This document shows positions 36,705-38,355 of a DNA stretch of 38,355 nucleotides, piece by piece. A program made the position numbers and the translations under genes. The stretch comes from Chloroflexaceae bacterium (GTDB lineage: Bacteria > Cyanobacteriota > Cyanobacteriia > Cyanobacteriales > JAAUTE01): NCBI GenBank assembly GCA_012031815.1, contig JAAUTE010000002.1, positions 1 through 38,355 of the forward strand, read 5' to 3'. The notes beneath the pieces were generated by a model. The model was given only the letters and a program-made list of their open reading frames with translations, made no database searches and was not told the origin of the DNA. Position 1 is the first letter of the stretch. Every line of letters begins with the position of its first letter.

Positions 36705-38093
36705 ATGCGCGTTTGCGTCATTGGCACTGGTTACGTTGGTTTAGTCACAGGTGTTTGCCTGTCTCACATCGGCCACGAAGTCATCTGCGTGGACAACAAC
36801 GAAGAGAAGGTCAAAATTCTCAAGTCAGGGCAGTCGCCGATCTACGAACCAGGACTAGCAGAACTGATGAAATCTTCCATCGAAGTGGGACGGCTGCACT
36901 TTACCTCAGATTTAGCGGCTGGCGTCGCTCATGGAGACATTCTCTTTATTGCCGTAGGGACGCCCCCCCTGCCAACGGGTGAGAGCGATACGCGCTATGT
37001 GGAAGCGGTGGCGCGGGGTATTGGCGCCCATCTGGACGGCGGTTACAAGGTAATTGTTAATAAATCCACGGTTCCCATCGGCTCTGGGGACTGGGTACGC
37101 ATGATTGTATTAGATGGCATTGTGGAGCGTCAAAAGTCCCTGGTAACTGCTGGCGGCGGCGGGGTGACGACCTTAGAAGAGATTAAGGCGGATTTCGATG
37201 TGGTGAGCAACCCCGAATTTCTGCGGGAAGGCTCGGCGGTTTACGATACCTTCAATCCCGATCGCATTGTTTTGGGCAGCAACAGTCCCAAGGCGATCCA
37301 GATGATGAAGAAGCTCTACGAACCCCTGGTCAATCGCGGTTTTTCTGACGATTCCAATCTGCCTCCCGTGCCCGTGGTAGTCACTGACCTCAACTCCGCT
37401 GAAATGATTAAATACGCAGCTAATGCGTTCCTGGCAACCAAGATTAGCTTCATTAACGAGGTGGCCAATATTTGCGATCGCGTGGGAGCGGACGTCACCC
37501 AGGTAGCCAGGGGCATTGGCCTAGATTCCCGCATTGGCAACAAGTTCTTGCAAGCGGGCATTGGTTGGGGTGGTTCTTGCTTTCCCAAGGATGTTTCCGC
37601 GCTCATCCACACCGCCGATGACTATGGCTACGAGGCCGAACTGCTCAAGGCGGCTGTCAACGTCAACCGACGCCAGCGGGTAATTACCATTGAAAAACTC
37701 CAGCACGAGCTGAAAATCCTCAAAGGTAAGACGGTGGGCTTGCTGGGGCTGACCTTTAAGCCCAATACCGACGACATGCGCGACGCTCCGGCACTGAATA
37801 TCATCGAGCAACTGAACCGTTTGGGGGCCAGGGTAAAGGCTTATGACCCCATCGTGTCCCAAGCAGGCATCGGTCAGGGATTGTCTGGGGTGATTGTGGA
37901 AAGCGACCCGGAAATGCTGGCGGATGGTTGCGATGCGCTGGTGTTGGTGACCGACTGGCAGGAGTTTCTCCAGCTTGACTACCGCAAAATGGCATCGCTC
38001 ATGAACAACCCGGTGATGATTGACGGACGCAACTTCCTCGATCGCCAACAGTTGGAAACAGCCGGATTCCGCTACGTGGGCATTGGCCGCTAA
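36705..38093 (+). CDS. ugd: UDP-glucose 6-dehydrogenase
   Basis: MRVCVIGTGYVGLVTG, NPEFLREGSA, catalytic GWGGSCFPKD, FKPNTDDMRDAPA. ATG 36705 follows AGAGGA (36692-36697). Confidence 0.9.
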   Translation: MRVCVIGTGYVGLVTGVCLSHIGHEVICVDNNEEKVKILKSGQSPIYEPGLAELMKSSIEVGRLHFTSDLAAGVAHGDILFIAVGTPPLPTGESDTRYVEAVARGIGAHLDGGYKVIVNKSTVPIGSGDWVRMIVLDGIVERQKSLVTAGGGGVTTLEEIKADFDVVSNPEFLREGSAVYDTFNPDRIVLGSNSPKAIQMMKKLYEPLVNRGFSDDSNLPPVPVVVTDLNSAEMIKYAANAFLATKISFINEVANICDRVGADVTQVARGIGLDSRIGNKFLQAGIGWGGSCFPKDVSALIHTADDYGYEAELLKAAVNVNRRQRVITIEKLQHELKILKGKTVGLLGLTFKPNTDDMRDAPALNIIEQLNRLGARVKAYDPIVSQAGIGQGLSGVIVESDPEMLADGCDALVLVTDWQEFLQLDYRKMASLMNNPVMIDGRNFLDRQQLETAGFRYVGIGR

Positions 38094-38119
38094 GAGATTC
38101 CCTGAAATCAAGTAACCTG

Positions 38120-38142
38120 GGGCGTGGAAGTCTGCGCCCTTT
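38120..38142 (+). terminator. Weak candidate terminator after ugd
   Basis: GGGCGTGG-AAGT-CTGCGCCC gives a stem of about 8 bp including two G.U pairs, followed by only TTT. Confidence 0.3.
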
Positions 38143-38290
38143 AAAACCAGATAAATTCCACTCGCTCCCCTGGCGATCGCCCGGCTCTATCCTTGAAATG
38201 GCGATCGCTTTTTTCGTGACGCTCTGGAGCAGCGGCTAAACCCTAGGCGGAAAAATTAAACTTCTCCCAATAAAGTAGGCGTCTCGGAGC

Positions 38291-38355
38291 TTAAAGCTGG
38301 TGGGTCGCCAAGGAAATCTGATGGGTCGCCAAGGAAACCTGGTGGGTCGCCAAGG
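38291..38355 (-). CDS. Possible 3' end of a minus-strand gene encoding heptapeptide repeats (partial, continues beyond the window)
   Basis: The minus-strand frame reads ...LATHQVS LATHQIS LATHQL, then TAA (38291-38293). The differences between repeat copies are a synonymous CAC/CAT and conservative GTT/ATT/CTT (V/I/L), as expected for coding sequence. Confidence 0.35.
   Translation of the reverse strand, partial: LATHQVSLATHQISLATHQL
38297..38355. repeat. 21-bp tandem repeat, 2.8 copies, cut by the window end
   Basis: CTGGTGGGTCGCCAAGGAAAT / CTGATGGGTCGCCAAGGAAAC / CTGGTGGGTCGCCAAGG. The copies differ only at repeat positions 4 and 21. Confidence 0.9.

Noticed and set aside
37521-38111. 196-aa minus-strand ORF
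   Set aside because: It is antisense to ugd and has no motifs.
38297-38355. The tandem 21-mers as a CRISPR array
   Set aside because: The repeats are directly adjacent with no spacers, the unit is shorter than typical CRISPR repeats, and there are no cas genes in the window.

Overview
This looks like a chromosomal segment of a cyanobacterium. The evidence is the very high density of the HIP1 octamer GCGATCGC (e.g. 570-577, 1434-1441, 2470-2477, 4628-4635) and lineage-typical genes: COP23, a PSII S4-domain protein, an Asr1405-like protein, Uma2/DUF820, a fibrillin-like protein, a lumenal-type pentapeptide protein and the rbp-rpsU pair. I count about 36 protein-coding genes. Most are core metabolism (purL-purF-purD, malQ, glmM, cofH, UDP-xylose synthase + ugd). 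The rest are largely envelope or polysaccharide functions: a STAS-fused priming sugar transferase, a GT-A glycosyltransferase, a sulfotransferase, a GH19+M15 wall hydrolase, an ABC-2-type exporter and an AI-2E/MscS membrane protein. By eye I found no rRNA, tRNA, CRISPR array, transposase or integrase. Two things dominate. (1) There are at least 15 reading-frame breaks, 14 of them repaired by adding a single base, usually in a short homopolymer. They hit essential single-copy genes, so an indel-prone unpolished assembly is more likely than pseudogenisation, and every ORF boundary here needs caution. (2) The most system-like locus is 951-4310. It holds a partner-switching-type triad (STAS domain, RsbW-like Ser kinase, PP2C phosphatase) in which the STAS domain is fused in frame to a polysaccharide-priming sugar transferase. 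The phosphatase also carries a double zinc ribbon and a degenerate kinase-like domain. All family names come from reading the translated ORFs by eye; no database search was run.
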